Shown here: positions 48,501-61,600 of the stretch, piece after piece
How the letters are laid out: each line of letters opens with the position of its first letter
Numbering within the stretch: the first letter of the stretch is position 1
Assembly: GCF_009914755.1 (NCBI RefSeq)
Contig: NC_060930.1
DNA from: the human T2T-CHM13v2.0 reference genome, Homo sapiens
Strand: one strand, 5' to 3'
Length of the DNA: 64,000 nt
Program-made: the position numbers and the translations under genes
The notes under the pieces: model-generated
Seen by the model: the letters and a program-made list of their open reading frames with translations, nothing else
Database searches by the model: none
What the model was told of the DNA's origin: nothing

Positions 48501-51500
48501 CGCCTTGAAGCGTATGGTAGAAAAGGAAATATCTTCCCATAAAACCTAGACAGAACCAATCTCAGAAACGACTTTGTGATGTCTGCATTCAAGTCACAGA
48601 GTTGAACATTTCTCTTGATAGAGCAGTTTTGAAACCCTCTTTCTGAAGGATCTGCAAGTGGATATTTGGAACTCCTTTGGGTCTTCGTTGGAAACGGGAT
48701 TTCTTCGTATAAATCTAGACAGAAGAATTCTCAGAAACTTCCTTGTGATGTGTGCATTCAACTCAGCGAGTGGCACCTTCCTTTGGATACAGCAGTTTTG
48801 AAACACTGTTTTTGTAGTATTTCCAAGCGGATATTTAGAGCGCCTTGAAGCCTATGCTAGAAATGGAAATATCTCCCCATAAAACCAAGACGGAAGCAAT
48901 CTCAGAAACTAATGTGTGATGGCTGCATTCCACACACACGGTGGACCATTTCTCTTGATAGAGCAGTTTCGAAACACTCTTTCTGTAGAATCTGCAAGTG
49001 GATAATTGGACCTCCTAGAGGCCTTCGTTGGAAACGGGATTTCTTCATCTAAACCTACAGAGAAGTATTCTCAGTAACTTCTTCGGATGTGTGCATTCGA
49101 CGCACAGAATGGAACATTCCCTTTGATAGAGCAGTTTTGAGACACCGTTTTTGTAGAATTCCCAAGTGGATATTTAGAGCACTTTGAAGTCTCTGCTAGA
49201 AAAGGAAACATCTTCATGTAAAAAGTAGATAGAATCGTTCTCAGAAAGTGCTTAGTGACGTGTGCGTTCAACTCACAGAGTTTAACGTTTCTTTTGATAG
49301 AGCGTTTCTGAAACACCCTTCTTGTAGTAGCTGCAAGTGGATATTTGGACCTATTGGAGGCCTTCTTTGGAAATGGGATTTCTTCATGTAACTCTAGATT
49401 GAAGAGTTCTCAGAAACTCCTTTGTGATGTGTGCATTCAATTCAAAGAGTGAAACCTCCCTTTTCACAGAGCAGTTTTGAAACACTGTTTTTGTAGGATT
49501 TCCAAGGGGATATTTATAGCGCATTGAGCCTACGGCGGAAAAAGAAACATCTTCCTATAAAAACTAGACAGAATACTTCTCAGAATCTGCTTTGCGATGT
49601 GTGCGTTCAACTCACAGAGTAAAACTTTTCTTTTGATAGAGCAGTTTTGAAACACTCTTTTTGTAGTATTTGCATGTGTATATTTAGAGCGCATTGAAGC
49701 CCACAGTAGAAAAGGAAATAACTTCACCTAAAACCTAGACAGAAGCAATCTCAGAAACTACTTTGTGATGTGTACATTCAACTCACAGAGTGGAACTTTC
49801 CTCTTTATAGAGCAGTGTTGAAACACTCTTTTTGTAGAAACTGCAAGTGGATATTTGGACCTCTTTGAGGCCTTCGTTGGAAACGGGATTTCTTCCTATA
49901 ACCCTAGACAGAAGAATTTTCAGAAACCTCATTGTGATGTGTGCGTTCATCTCACAGAGTGGAGTCTTCCGTTTGATAGAGAAGTTTTGAAACCCTGTTC
50001 TTGTAGGATTTCCAAGTGGATATTTAGACCACTTTGAAGCCTATGATAGAAAAGGAAACATCTTCATGGAAAATATAGATAGAATCATTCTCAGAAACAA
50101 CTTTGTGATGTGTGCGTTGAACTCACCGTCTTTAACCTTTCTTTTGGTAGAGAAGTTTTGAAACACTCTCTTTGTAAAGTCTACAAGTGGATATTTTGAG
50201 CCCTTGGAGGCATTCTTTGGAAAAGGGAATGTCTTCACATAAAAGGCAGACGGAAGTGTTCTCAGAAACTGCTTTGTGATGTCTGTGTTCAACTCACAGA
50301 GTTTAACATTTCCTTTGATAGAGCGGTTTAGTAACCCTCTCTTTGTAGAATTTGGAAGTGTATACTAAGAGCGCTTTGAGGCCTATGGTAGAAAAGGAAA
50401 TATCTTTCCATAAAAGCTAGACAGAAGCAATCTCAGAAACTCCTTTGTGATGTCTGCATTCAACTCACCGAGTGGAACATTCCTCTTGATAGAGCAGTTT
50501 GGAAACACTCTTTCTGTAGAATCAGCTTGTTTGTATTTGGACCTCCTTGAGGCCTTCGTTGGAAACGGGTTTTCATCTTATAAACCCAGACAGAAGAATT
50601 CTCAGAGTCTTCTTTGTGATGTGTGCTTTCAACTCACCGAGATAAAGATTTCTCTTGATAGAGCAATTTGGAAACACTCTTTTTGTAGAATTTGCAAGGG
50701 TACATTGAGAGCGCTTTCAGGCCTATGGTAGAAAAGGGAATATCTTTCCATAAAAGGTAGACAGAAGCAATCTCAGAAACTACTTTGTGATGTGTGCATT
50801 CAACTCACCGAGTGCAACGTTCCTCTTGACCGAGCAGTTTGGAAACATTGTTTCTGTAGAATCTGCAAGTGGATATTTGGACCTCTTTGAGGCCTTCGTT
50901 GGAAACGGGATTTCTTCCTATAAACCCAGACAGAAGAATTCTCAGAGACTTCTTTGTGATGTGTGAATTCAACTCACAGTGTGGATCCTTCCTTTTGATA
51001 GAGCAGTTTTGAAACCCTGTTTTTGTAGTATTTCCAAGCGGATATTTGGAACGCCTTGAAGCGTATGGTAGAAAAGGAAATATCTTCCCATAAAACCTAG
51101 ACAGAACCAATCTCAGAAACGACTTTGTGATGTCTGCATTCAAGTCACAGAGTTGAACATTTCTCTTGATAGAGCAGTTTTGAAACCCTCTTTCTGAAGG
51201 ATCTGCAAGTGGATATTTGGAACTCCTTTGGGTCTTCGTTGGAAACGGGATTTCTTCGTATAAATCTAGACAGAAGAATTCTCCGAAACTTCCTTGTGAT
51301 GTGTGCATTCAACTCAGCGAGTGGCACCTTCCTTTGGATACAGCAGTTTTGAAACACTGTTTTTGTAGTATTTCCAAGCGGATATTTAGAGCGCCTTGAA
51401 GCCTATGCTAGAAATGGAAATATCTCCCCATAAAACCAAGACAGAAGCAATCTCAGAAACTAATGTGTGATGGCTGCATTCCACACACACGGTGGACCAT

Positions 51501-52591
51501 TTCTCTTGATAGAGCAGTTTTGAAACACTCTTTCTGTAGAATCTGCAAGTGGATAATTGGACCTCCTAGAGGCCTTCGTTGGAAACGGGATTTCTTCATC
51601 TAAACCTACAGAGAAGTATTCTCAGTAACTTCTTCGGATGTGTGCATTCGACGCACAGAATGGAACATTCCCTTTGATAGAGCAGTTTTGAGACACCGTT
51701 TTTGTAGAATTCCCAAGTGGATATTTAGAGCACTTTGAAGTCTCTGCTAGAAAAGGAAACATCTTCATGTAAAAAGTAGATAGAATCGTTCTCAGAAAGT
51801 GCTTAGTGTCGTGTGCGTTCAACTCACAGAGTTTAACGTTTCTTTTGATAGAGCGTTTCTGAAACACCCTTCTTGTAGTAGCTGCAAGTGGATATTTGGA
51901 CCTATTGGAGGCCTTCTTTGGAAATGGGATTTCTTCATGTAACTCTAGATTGAAGAATTCTCAGAAACTCCTTTGTGATGTGTGCATTCAATTCAAAGAG
52001 TGAAACCTCTCTTTTCACAGAGCAGTTTTGAAACACTGTTTTTGTAGGATTTCCAAGGGGATATTTATAGCGCATTGAGCCTACGGCGGAAAAAGAAACA
52101 TCTTCCTATAAAAACTAGACAGAATACTTCTCAGAATCTGCTTTGCGATGTGTGCGTTCAACTCACAGAGTAAAACTTTTCTTTTGATAGAGCAGTTTTG
52201 AAACACTCTTTTTGTAGTATTTGCATGTGTATATTTAGAGCGCATTGAAGCCCACAGTAGAAAAGGAAATAACTTCACCTAAAACCTAGACAGAAGCAAT
52301 CACAGAAACTACTTTGTGATGTGTACATTCAACTCACAGAGTGGAACTTTCCTCTTTATAGAGCAGTGTTGAAACACTCTTTTTGTAGAAACTGCAAGTG
52401 GATATTTGGACCTCTTTGAGGCCTTCGTTGGAAACGGGATTTCTTCCTATAACCCTAGACAGAAGAATTTTCAGAAACCTCATTGTGATGTGTGCGTTCA
52501 TCTCACAGAGTGGAGTCTTCCGTTTGATAGAGAAGTTTTGAAACCCTGTTCTTGTAGGATTTCCAAGTGGATATTTAGACCACTTTGAAGC
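24531..52591 (+). repeat. Eleven tandem 15-mer HOR variant units (2551 bp each, 506 bp/3-monomer deletion), U9-U19
   Basis: The marker recurs at 24531, 27082, 29633, 32184, 34735, 37286, 39837, 42388, 44939, 47490, 50041 and 52592, always 2551 bp apart. The segment equivalent to ~1297-1802 is absent from each unit. Confidence 0.97.
47321..47337 (+). other. CENP-B box inactivated by a private G>A change (CTTCATTGGAAACGGGA) in U17
   Basis: Position 47325 is A, whereas the equivalent box in other units reads CTTCG. The ORF track shows FIGNG instead of FVGNG. Confidence 0.85.
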
Positions 52592-55500
52592 CTATGATAG
52601 AAAAGGAAACATCTTCATGGAAAACATAGATAGAATCATCCTCAGAAACAACTTTGTGATGTGTGCGTTGAACTCACCGTCTTTAACCTTTCTTTTGGTA
52701 GAGAAGTTTTGAAACACTCTCTTTGTAAAGTCTACAAGTGGATATTTTGAGCCCTTGGAGGCATTCTTTGGAAAAGGGAATGTCTTCACATAAAAGGCAG
52801 ACGGAAGTGTTCTCAGAAACTGCTTTGTGATGTCTGTGTTCAACTCAGAGAGTTTAACATTTTCTTTGATAGAGCGGTTTAGTAACCCTCTCTTTGTAGA
52901 ATTTGGAAGTGTATACTAAGAGCGCTTTGAGGCCTATGGTAGAAAAGGAAATATCTTTCCATAAAAGCTAGACAGAAGCAATCTCAGAAACTCCTCTGTG
53001 ATGTCTGCATTCAACTCACCGAGTGGAACATTCCTCTTGAGAGAGCAGTTTGGAAACACTCTTTCTGTAGAATCAGCTTGTTTGTATTTGGACCTCCTTG
53101 AGGCCTTCGTTGGAAACGGGTTTTCATCTTATAAACCCAGACAGAAGAATTCTCAGAGTCTTCTTTGTGATGTGTGCTTTCAACTCACCGAGATAAAGAT
53201 TTCTCTTGATAGAGCAATTTGGAAACACTCTTTTTGTAGAATTTGCAAGGGTACATTGAGAGCGCTTTCAGGCCTATGGTAGAAAAGGGAATATCTTTCC
53301 ATAAAAGGTAGACAGAAGCAATCTCAGAAACTACTTTGTGATGTGTGCATTCAACTCACCGAGTGCAACGTTCCTCTTGACCGAGCAGTTTGGAAACATT
53401 GTTTCTGTAGAATCTGCAAGTGGATATTTGGACCTCTTTGAGGCCTTCGTTGGAAACGGGATTTCTTCCTATAAACCCAGACAGAAGAATTCTCAGAGAC
53501 TTCTTTGTGATGTGTGAATTCAACTCACAGTGTGGATCCTTCCTTTTGATAGAGCAGTTTTGAAACCCTGTTTTTGTAGTATTTCCAAGCGGATATTTGG
53601 AACGCCTTGAAGCGTATGGTAGAAAAGGAAATATCTTCCCATAAAACCTAGACAGAACCAATCTCAGAAACGACTTTGTGATGTCTGCATTCAAGTCACA
53701 GAGTTGAACATTTCTCTTGATAGAGCAGTTTTGAAACCCTCTTTCTGAAGGATCTGCAAGTGGATATTTGGAACTCCTTTGGGTCTTCGTTGGAAACGGG
53801 ATTTCTTCGTATAAATCTAGACAGAAGAATTCTCCGAAACTTCTTTGGTTGTGTGCATTCAAGTCACAGAGTGGAACCTTCCTTTGGATAGAGCAGTTTG
53901 AAACGCCGTGGTTGTAGTATTTCCAAGCGGATATTAGAGCGCCTTGAGGCCTATGGTAGAAAAGGAAATATCTTCCCATAAAACCTAGACGGAAGCAATC
54001 TCAGAAACTACTGTGTGATGGCTGCATTCCACACACACGGTGGAACATTTCTCTTGATAGAGCAGTTTTGAAACACTCTTTCTGTAGAATCTGCAAGTGG
54101 ATAATTGGACCGCCTTGAGGCCTTCGTTGGAAACGGGATTTCTTCATGTTACTCTAGATAGAAGAATTCTCAAACACTGCTATGTGATGTTTGCATTCAA
54201 GTCACAGAGTGCAACATTCCTCTTGGTAGAGCAGTTGGGAAACACTCCTTTTGTAGAATCTGCAATGGGATATTTGGACTTCTTTGAGGCCTTCGTTGGA
54301 AACGGGATTTCTTCGTATGAATCTAGACAGAAGAATTCTCAGAAACTTCCTTGTGATGTGTGCATTCAACTCAGCGAGTGGCACCTTCCTTTGGATACAG
54401 CAGTTTTGAAACACTGTTTTTGTAGTATTTCCAAGCGGATATTTAGAGCGCCTTGAAGCCTATGCTAGAAATGGAAATATCTCCCCATAAAACCAAGACG
54501 GAAGCAATCTCAGAAACTAATGTGTGATGGCTGCATTCCACACACACGGTGGACCATTTCTCTTGATAGAGCAGTTTTGAAACACTCTTTCTGTAGAATC
54601 TGCAAGTGGATAATTGGACCTCCTAGAGGCCTTCGTTGGAAACGGGATTTCTTCATCTAAACCTACAGAGAAGAATTCTCAGTAACTTCTTCGGATGTGT
54701 GCATTCGACGCACAGAATGGAACATTCCCTTTGATAGAGCAGTTTTGAGACACCGTTTTTGTAGAATTCCCAAGTGGATATTTAGAGCACTTTGAAGTCT
54801 CTGCTAGAAAAGGAAACATCTTCATGTAAAAAGTAGATAGAATCGTTCTCAGAAAGTGCTTAGTGACGTGTGCGTTCAACTCACAGAGTTTAACGTTTCT
54901 TTTGATAGAGCGTTTCTGAAACACCCTTCTTGTAGTAGCTGCAAGTGGATATTTGGACCTATTGGAGGCCTTCTTTGGAAATGGGATTTCTTCATGTAAC
55001 TCTAGATTGAAGAGTTCTCAGAAACTCCTTTGTGATGTGTGCATTCAATTCAAAGAGTGAAACCTCCCTTTTCACAGAGCAGTTTTGAAACACTGTTTTT
55101 GTAGGATTTCCAAGGGGATATTTATAGCGCATTGAGCCTACGGCGGAAAAAGAAACATCTTCCTATAAAAACTAGACAGAATACTTCTCAGAATCTGCTT
55201 TGCGATGTGTGCGTTCAACTCACAGAGTAAAACTTTTCTTTTGATAGAGCAGTTTTGAAACACTCTTTTTGTAGTATTTGCATGTGTATATTTAGAGCGC
55301 ATTGAAGCCCACAGTAGAAAAGGAAATAACTTCACCTAAAACCTAGACAGAAGCAATCTCAGAAACTACTTTGTGATGTGTACATTCAACTCACAGAGTG
55401 GAACTTTCCTCTTTATAGAGCAGTGTTGAAACACTCTTTTTGTAGAAACTGCAAGTGGATATTTGGACCTCTTTGAGGCCTTCGTTGGAAACGGGATTTC

Positions 55501-55648
55501 TTCCTATAACCCTAGACAGAAGAATTTTCAGAAACCTCATTGTGATGTGTGCGTTCATCTCACAGAGTGGAGTCTTCCGTTTGATAGAGAAGTTTTGAAA
55601 CCCTGTTCTTGTAGGATTTCCAAGTGGATATTTAGACCACTTTGAAGC
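52592..55648 (+). repeat. Single full-length 18-mer HOR unit (U20) embedded among 15-mers
   Basis: Spacing 52592 to 55649 is 3057 bp. The 506 bp segment (ctccgaaacttctttggttg...cgtatgaatc) is present at ~53814-54319. Confidence 0.96.
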
Positions 55649-58600
55649 CTATGATAGAAAAGGAAACATCTTCATGGAAAACATAGATAGAATCATTCTC
55701 AGAAACAACTTTGTGATGTGTGCGTTGAACTCACCGTCTTTAACCTTTCTTTTGGTAGAGAAGTTTTGAAACACTCTCTTTGTAAAGTCTACAAGTGGAT
55801 ATTTTGAGCCCTTGGAGGCATTCTTTGGAAAAGGGAATGTCTTCCCATAAAAGGCAGACGGAAGTGTTCTCAGAAACTGCTTTGTGATGTCTGTGTTCAA
55901 CTCACAGAGTTTAACATTTCCTTTGATAGAGCGGTTTAGTAACCCTCTCTTTGTAGAATTTGGAAGTGTATACTAAGAGCGCTTTGAGGCCTATGGTAGA
56001 AAAGGAAATATCTTTCCATAAAAGCTAGACAGAAGCAATCTCAGAAACTCCTCTGTGATGTCTGCATTCAACTCACCGAGTGGAACATTCCTCTTGATAG
56101 AGCAGTTTGGAAACACTCTTTCTGTAGAATCAGCTTGTTTGTATTTGGACCTCCTTGAGGCCTTCGTTGGAAACGGGTTTTCATCTTATAAACCCAGACA
56201 GAAGAATTCTCAGAGTCTTCTTTGTGATGTGTGCTTTCAACTCACCGAGATAAAGATTTCTCTTGATAGAGCAATTTGGAAACACTCTTTTTGTAGAATT
56301 TGCAAGGGTACATTGAGAGCGCTTTCAGGCCTATGGTAGAAAAGGGAATATCTTTCCATAAAAGGTAGACAGAAGCAATCTCAGAAACTACTTTGTGATG
56401 TGTGCATTCAACTCACCGAGTGCAACGTTCCTCTTGACCGAGCAGTTTGGAAACATTGTTTCTGTAGAATCTGCAAGTGGATATTTGGACCTCTTTGAGG
56501 CCTTCGTTGGAAACGGGATTTCTTCCTATAAACCCAGACAGAAGAATTCTCAGAGACTTCTTTGTGATGTGTGAATTCAACTCACAGTGTGGATCCTTCC
56601 TTTTGATAGAGCAGTTTTGAAACCCTGTTTTTGTAGTATTTCCAAGCGGATATTTGGAACGCCTTGAAGCGTATGGTAGAAAAGGAAATATCTTCCCATA
56701 AAACCTAGACAGAACCAATCTCAGAAACGACTTTGTGATGTCTGCATTCAAGTCACAGAGTTGAACATTTCTCTTGATAGAGCAGTTTTGAAACCCTCTT
56801 TCTGAAGGATCTGCAAGTGGATATTTGGAACTCCTTTGGGTCTTCGTTGGAAACGGGATTTCTTCGTATAAATCTAGACAGAAGAATTCTCAGAAACTTC
56901 CTTGTGATGTGTGCATTCAACTCAGCGAGTGGCACCTTCCTTTGGATACAGCAGTTTTGAAACACTGTTTTTGTAGTATTTCCAAGCGGATATTTAGAGC
57001 GCCTTGAAGCCTATGCTAGAAATGGAAATATCTCCCCATAAAACCAAGACAGAAGCAATCTCAGAAACTAATGTGTGATGGCTGCATTCCACACACACGG
57101 TGGACCATTTCTCTTGATAGAGCAGTTTTGAAACACTCTTTCTGTAGAATCTGCAAGTGGATAATTGGACCTCCTAGAGGCCTTCGTTGGAAACGGGATT
57201 TCTTCATCTAAACCTACAGAGAAGTATTCTCAGTAACTTCTTCGGATGTGTGCATTCGACGCACAGAATGGAACATTCCCTTTGATAGAGCAGTTTTGAG
57301 ACACCGTTTTTGTAGAATTCCCAAGTGGATATTTAGAGCACTTTGAAGTCTCTGCTAGAAAAGGAAACATCTTCATGTAAAAAGTAGATAGAATCGTTCT
57401 CAGAAAGTGCTTAGTGTCGTGTGCGTTCAACTCACAGAGTTTAACGTTTCTTTTGATAGAGCGTTTCTGAAACACCCTTCTTGTAGTAGCTGCAAGTAGA
57501 TATTTGGACCTATTGGAGGCCTTCTTTGGAAATGGGATTTCTTCATGTAACTCTAGAGTGAAGAATTCTCAGAAACTCCTTTGTGATGTGTGCATTCAAT
57601 TCAAAGAGTGAAACCTCTCTTTTCACAGAGCAGTTTTGAAACACTGTTTTTGTAGGATTTCCAAGGGGATATTTATAGCGCATTGAGCCTACGGCGGAAA
57701 AAGAAACATCTTCCTATAAAAACTAGACAGAATACTTCTCAGAATCTGCTTTGCGATGTGTGCGTTCAACTCACAGAGTAAAACTTTTCTTTTGATAGAG
57801 CAGTTTTGAAACACTCTTTTTGTAGTATTTGCATGTGTATATTTAGAGCGCATTGAAGCCCACAGTAGAAAAGGAAATAACTTCACCTAAAACCTAGACA
57901 GAAGCAATCACAGAAACTACTTTGTGATGTGTACATTCAACTCACAGAGTGGAACTTTCCTCTTTATAGAGCAGTGTTGAAACACTCTTTTTGTAGAAAC
58001 TGCAAGTGGATATTTGGACCTCTTTGAGGCCTTCGTTGGAAACGGGATTTCTTCCTATAACCCTAGACAGAAGAATTTTCAGAAACCTCATTGTGATGTG
58101 TGCGTTCATCTCACAGAGTGGAGTCTTCCGTTTGATAGAGAAGTTTTGAAACCCTGTTCTTGTAGGATTTCCAAGTGGATATTTAGACCACTTTGAAGCC
58201 TATGATAGAAAAGGAAACATCTTCATGGAAAACATAGATAGAATCATCCTCAGAAACAACTTTGTGATGTGTGCGTTGAACTCACCGTCTTTAACCTTTC
58301 TTTTGGTAGAGAAGTTTTGAAACACTCTCTTTGTAAAGTCTACAAGTGGATATTTTGAGCCCTTGGAGGCATTCTTTGGAAAAGGGAATGTCTTCACATA
58401 AAAGGCAGACGGAAGTGTTCTCAGAAACTGCTTTGTGATGTCTGTGTTCAACTCACAGAGTTTAACATTTCCTTTGATAGAGCGGTTTAGTAACCCTCTC
58501 TTTGTAGAATTTGGAAGTGTATACTAAGAGCGCTTTGAGGCCTATGGTAGAAAAGGAAATATCTTTCCATAAAAGCTAGACAGAAGCAATCTCAGAAACT

Positions 58601-61600
58601 CCTCTGTGATGTCTGCATTCAACTCACCGAGTGGAACATTCCTCTTGAGAGAGCAGTTTGGAAACACTCTTTCTGTAGAATCAGCTTGTTTGTATTTGGA
58701 CCTCCTTGAGGCCTTCGTTGGAAACGGGTTTTCATCTTATAAACCCAGACAGAAGAATTCTCAGAGTCTTCTTTGTGATGTGTGCTTTCAACTCACCGAG
58801 ATAAAGATTTCTCTTGATAGAGCAATTTGGAAACACTCTTTTTGTAGAATTTGCAAGGGTACATTGAGAGCGCTTTCAGGCCTATGGTAGAAAAGGGAAT
58901 ATCTTTCCATAAAAGGTAGACAGAAGCAATCTCAGAAACTACTTTGTGATGTGTGCATTCAACTCACCGAGTGCAACGTTCCTCTTGACCGAGCAGTTTG
59001 GAAACATTGTTTCTGTAGAATCTGCAAGTGGATATTTGGACCTCTTTGAGGCCTTCGTTGGAAACGGGATTTCTTCCTATAAACCCAGACAGAAGAATTC
59101 TCAGAGACTTCTTTGTGATGTGTGAATTCAACTCACAGTGTGGATCCTTCCTTTTGATAGAGCAGTTTTGAAACCCTGTTTTTGTAGTATTTCCAAGCGG
59201 ATATTTGGAACGCCTTGAAGCGTATGGTAGAAAAGGAAATATCTTCCCATAAAACCTAGACAGAACCAATCTCAGAAACGACTTTGTGATGTCTGCATTC
59301 AAGTCACAGAGTTGAACATTTCTCTTGATAGAGCAGTTTTGAAACCCTCTTTCTGAAGGATCTGCAAGTGGATATTTGGAACTCCTTTGGGTCTTCGTTG
59401 GAAACGGGATTTCTTCGTATAAATCTAGACAGAAGAATTCTCAGAAACTTCCTTGTGATGAGTGCATTCAACTCAGCGAGTGGCACCTTCCTTTGGATAC
59501 AGCAGTTTTGAAACACTGTTTTTGTAGTATTTCCAAGTGGATATTTAGAGCGCCTTGAAGCCTATGCTAGAAATGGAAATATCTCCCCATAAAACCAAGA
59601 CAGAAGCAATCTCAGAAACTAATGTGTGATGGCTGCATTCCACACACACGGTGGACCATTTCTCTTGATAGAGCAGTTTTGAAACACTCTTTCTGTAGAA
59701 TCTGCAAGTGGATAATTGGACCTCCTAGAGGCCTTCGTTGGAAACGGGATTTCTTCATCTAAACCTACAGAGAAGTATTCTCAGTAACTTCTTCGGATGT
59801 GTGCATTCGACGCACAGAATGGAACATTCCCTTTGATAGAGCAGTTTTGAGACACCGTTTTTGTAGAATTCCCAAGTGGATATTTAGAGCACTTTGAAGT
59901 CTCTGCTAGAAAAGGAAACATCTTCATGTAAAAAGTAGATAGAATCGTTCTCAGAAAGTGCTTAGTGTCGTGTGCGTTCAACTCACAGAGTTTAACGTTT
60001 CTTTTGATAGAGCGTTTCTGAAACACCCTTCTTGTAGTAGCTGCAAGTGGATATTTGGACCTATTGGAGGCCTTCTTTGGAAATGGGATTTCTTCATGTA
60101 ACTCTAGAGTGAAGAATTCTCAGAAACTCCTTTGTGATGTGTGCATTCAATTCAAAGAGTGAAACCTCTCTTTTCACAGAGCAGTTTTGAAACACTGTTT
60201 TTGTAGGATTTCCAAGGGGATATTTATAGCGCATTGAGCCTACGGCGGAAAAAGAAACATCTTCCTATAAAAACTAGACAGAATACTTCTCAGAATCTGC
60301 TTTGCGATGTGTGCGTTCAACTCACAGAGTAAAACTTTTCTTTTGATAGAGCAGTTTTGAAACACTCTTTTTGTAGTATTTGCATGTGTATATTTAGAGC
60401 GCATTGAAGCCCACAGTAGAAAAGGAAATAACTTCACCTAAAACCTAGACAGAAGCAATCTCAGAAACTACTTTGTGATGTGTACATTCAACTCACAGAG
60501 TGGAACTTTCCTCTTTATAGAGCAGTGTTGAAACACTCTTTTTGTAGAAACTGCAAGTGGATATTTGGACCTCTTTGAGGCCTTCGTTGGAAACGGGATT
60601 TCTTCCTATAACCCTAGACAGAAGAATTTTCAGAAACCTCATTGTGATGTGTGCGTTCATCTCACAGAGTGGAGTCTTCCGTTTGATAGAGAAGTTTTGA
60701 AACCCTGTTCTTGTAGGATTTCCAAGTGGATATTTAGACCACTTTGAAGCCTATGATAGAAAAGGAAACATCTTCATGGAAAACATAGATAGAATCATCC
60801 TCAGAAACAACTTTGTGATGTGTGCGTTGAACTCACCGTCTTTAACCTTTCTTTTGGTAGAGAAGTTTTGAAACACTCTCTTTGTAAAGTCTACAAGTGG
60901 ATATTTTGAGCCCTTGGAGGCATTCTTTGGAAAAGGGAATGTCTTCACATAAAAGGCAGACGGAAGTGTTCTCAGAAACTGCTTTGTGATGTCTGTGTTC
61001 AACTCACAGAGTTTAACATTTCCTTTGATAGAGCGGTTTAGTAACCCTCTCTTTGTAGAATTTGGAAGTGTATACTAAGAGCGCTTTGAGGCCTATGGTA
61101 GAAAAGGAAATATCTTTCCATAAAAGCTAGACAGAAGCAATCTCAGAAACTCCTCTGTGATGTCTGCATTCAACTCACCGAGTGGAACATTCCTCTTGAG
61201 AGAGCAGTTTGGAAACACTCTTTCTGTAGAATCAGCTTGTTTGTATTTGGACCTCCTTGAGGCCTTCGTTGGAAACGGGTTTTCATCTTATAAACCCAGA
61301 CAGAAGAATTCTCAGAGTCTTCTTTGTGATGTGTGCTTTCAACTCACCGAGATAAAGATTTCTCTTGATAGAGCAATTTGGAAACACTCTTTTTGTAGAA
61401 TTTGCAAGGGTACATTGAGAGCGCTTTCAGGCCTATGGTAGAAAAGGGAATATCTTTCCATAAAAGGTAGACAGAAGCAATCTCAGAAACTACTTTGTGA
61501 TGTGTGCATTCAACTCACCGAGTGCAACGTTCCTCTTGACCGAGCAGTTTGGAAACATTGTTTCTGTAGAATCTGCAAGTGGATATTTGGACCTCTTTGA

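Noticed and set aside
50805-51308. Unique 167 aa ORF in U19
   Set aside because: It is a by-product of the single A>C difference at 51284 removing a stop codon. It is informative about the junction but is not a gene.
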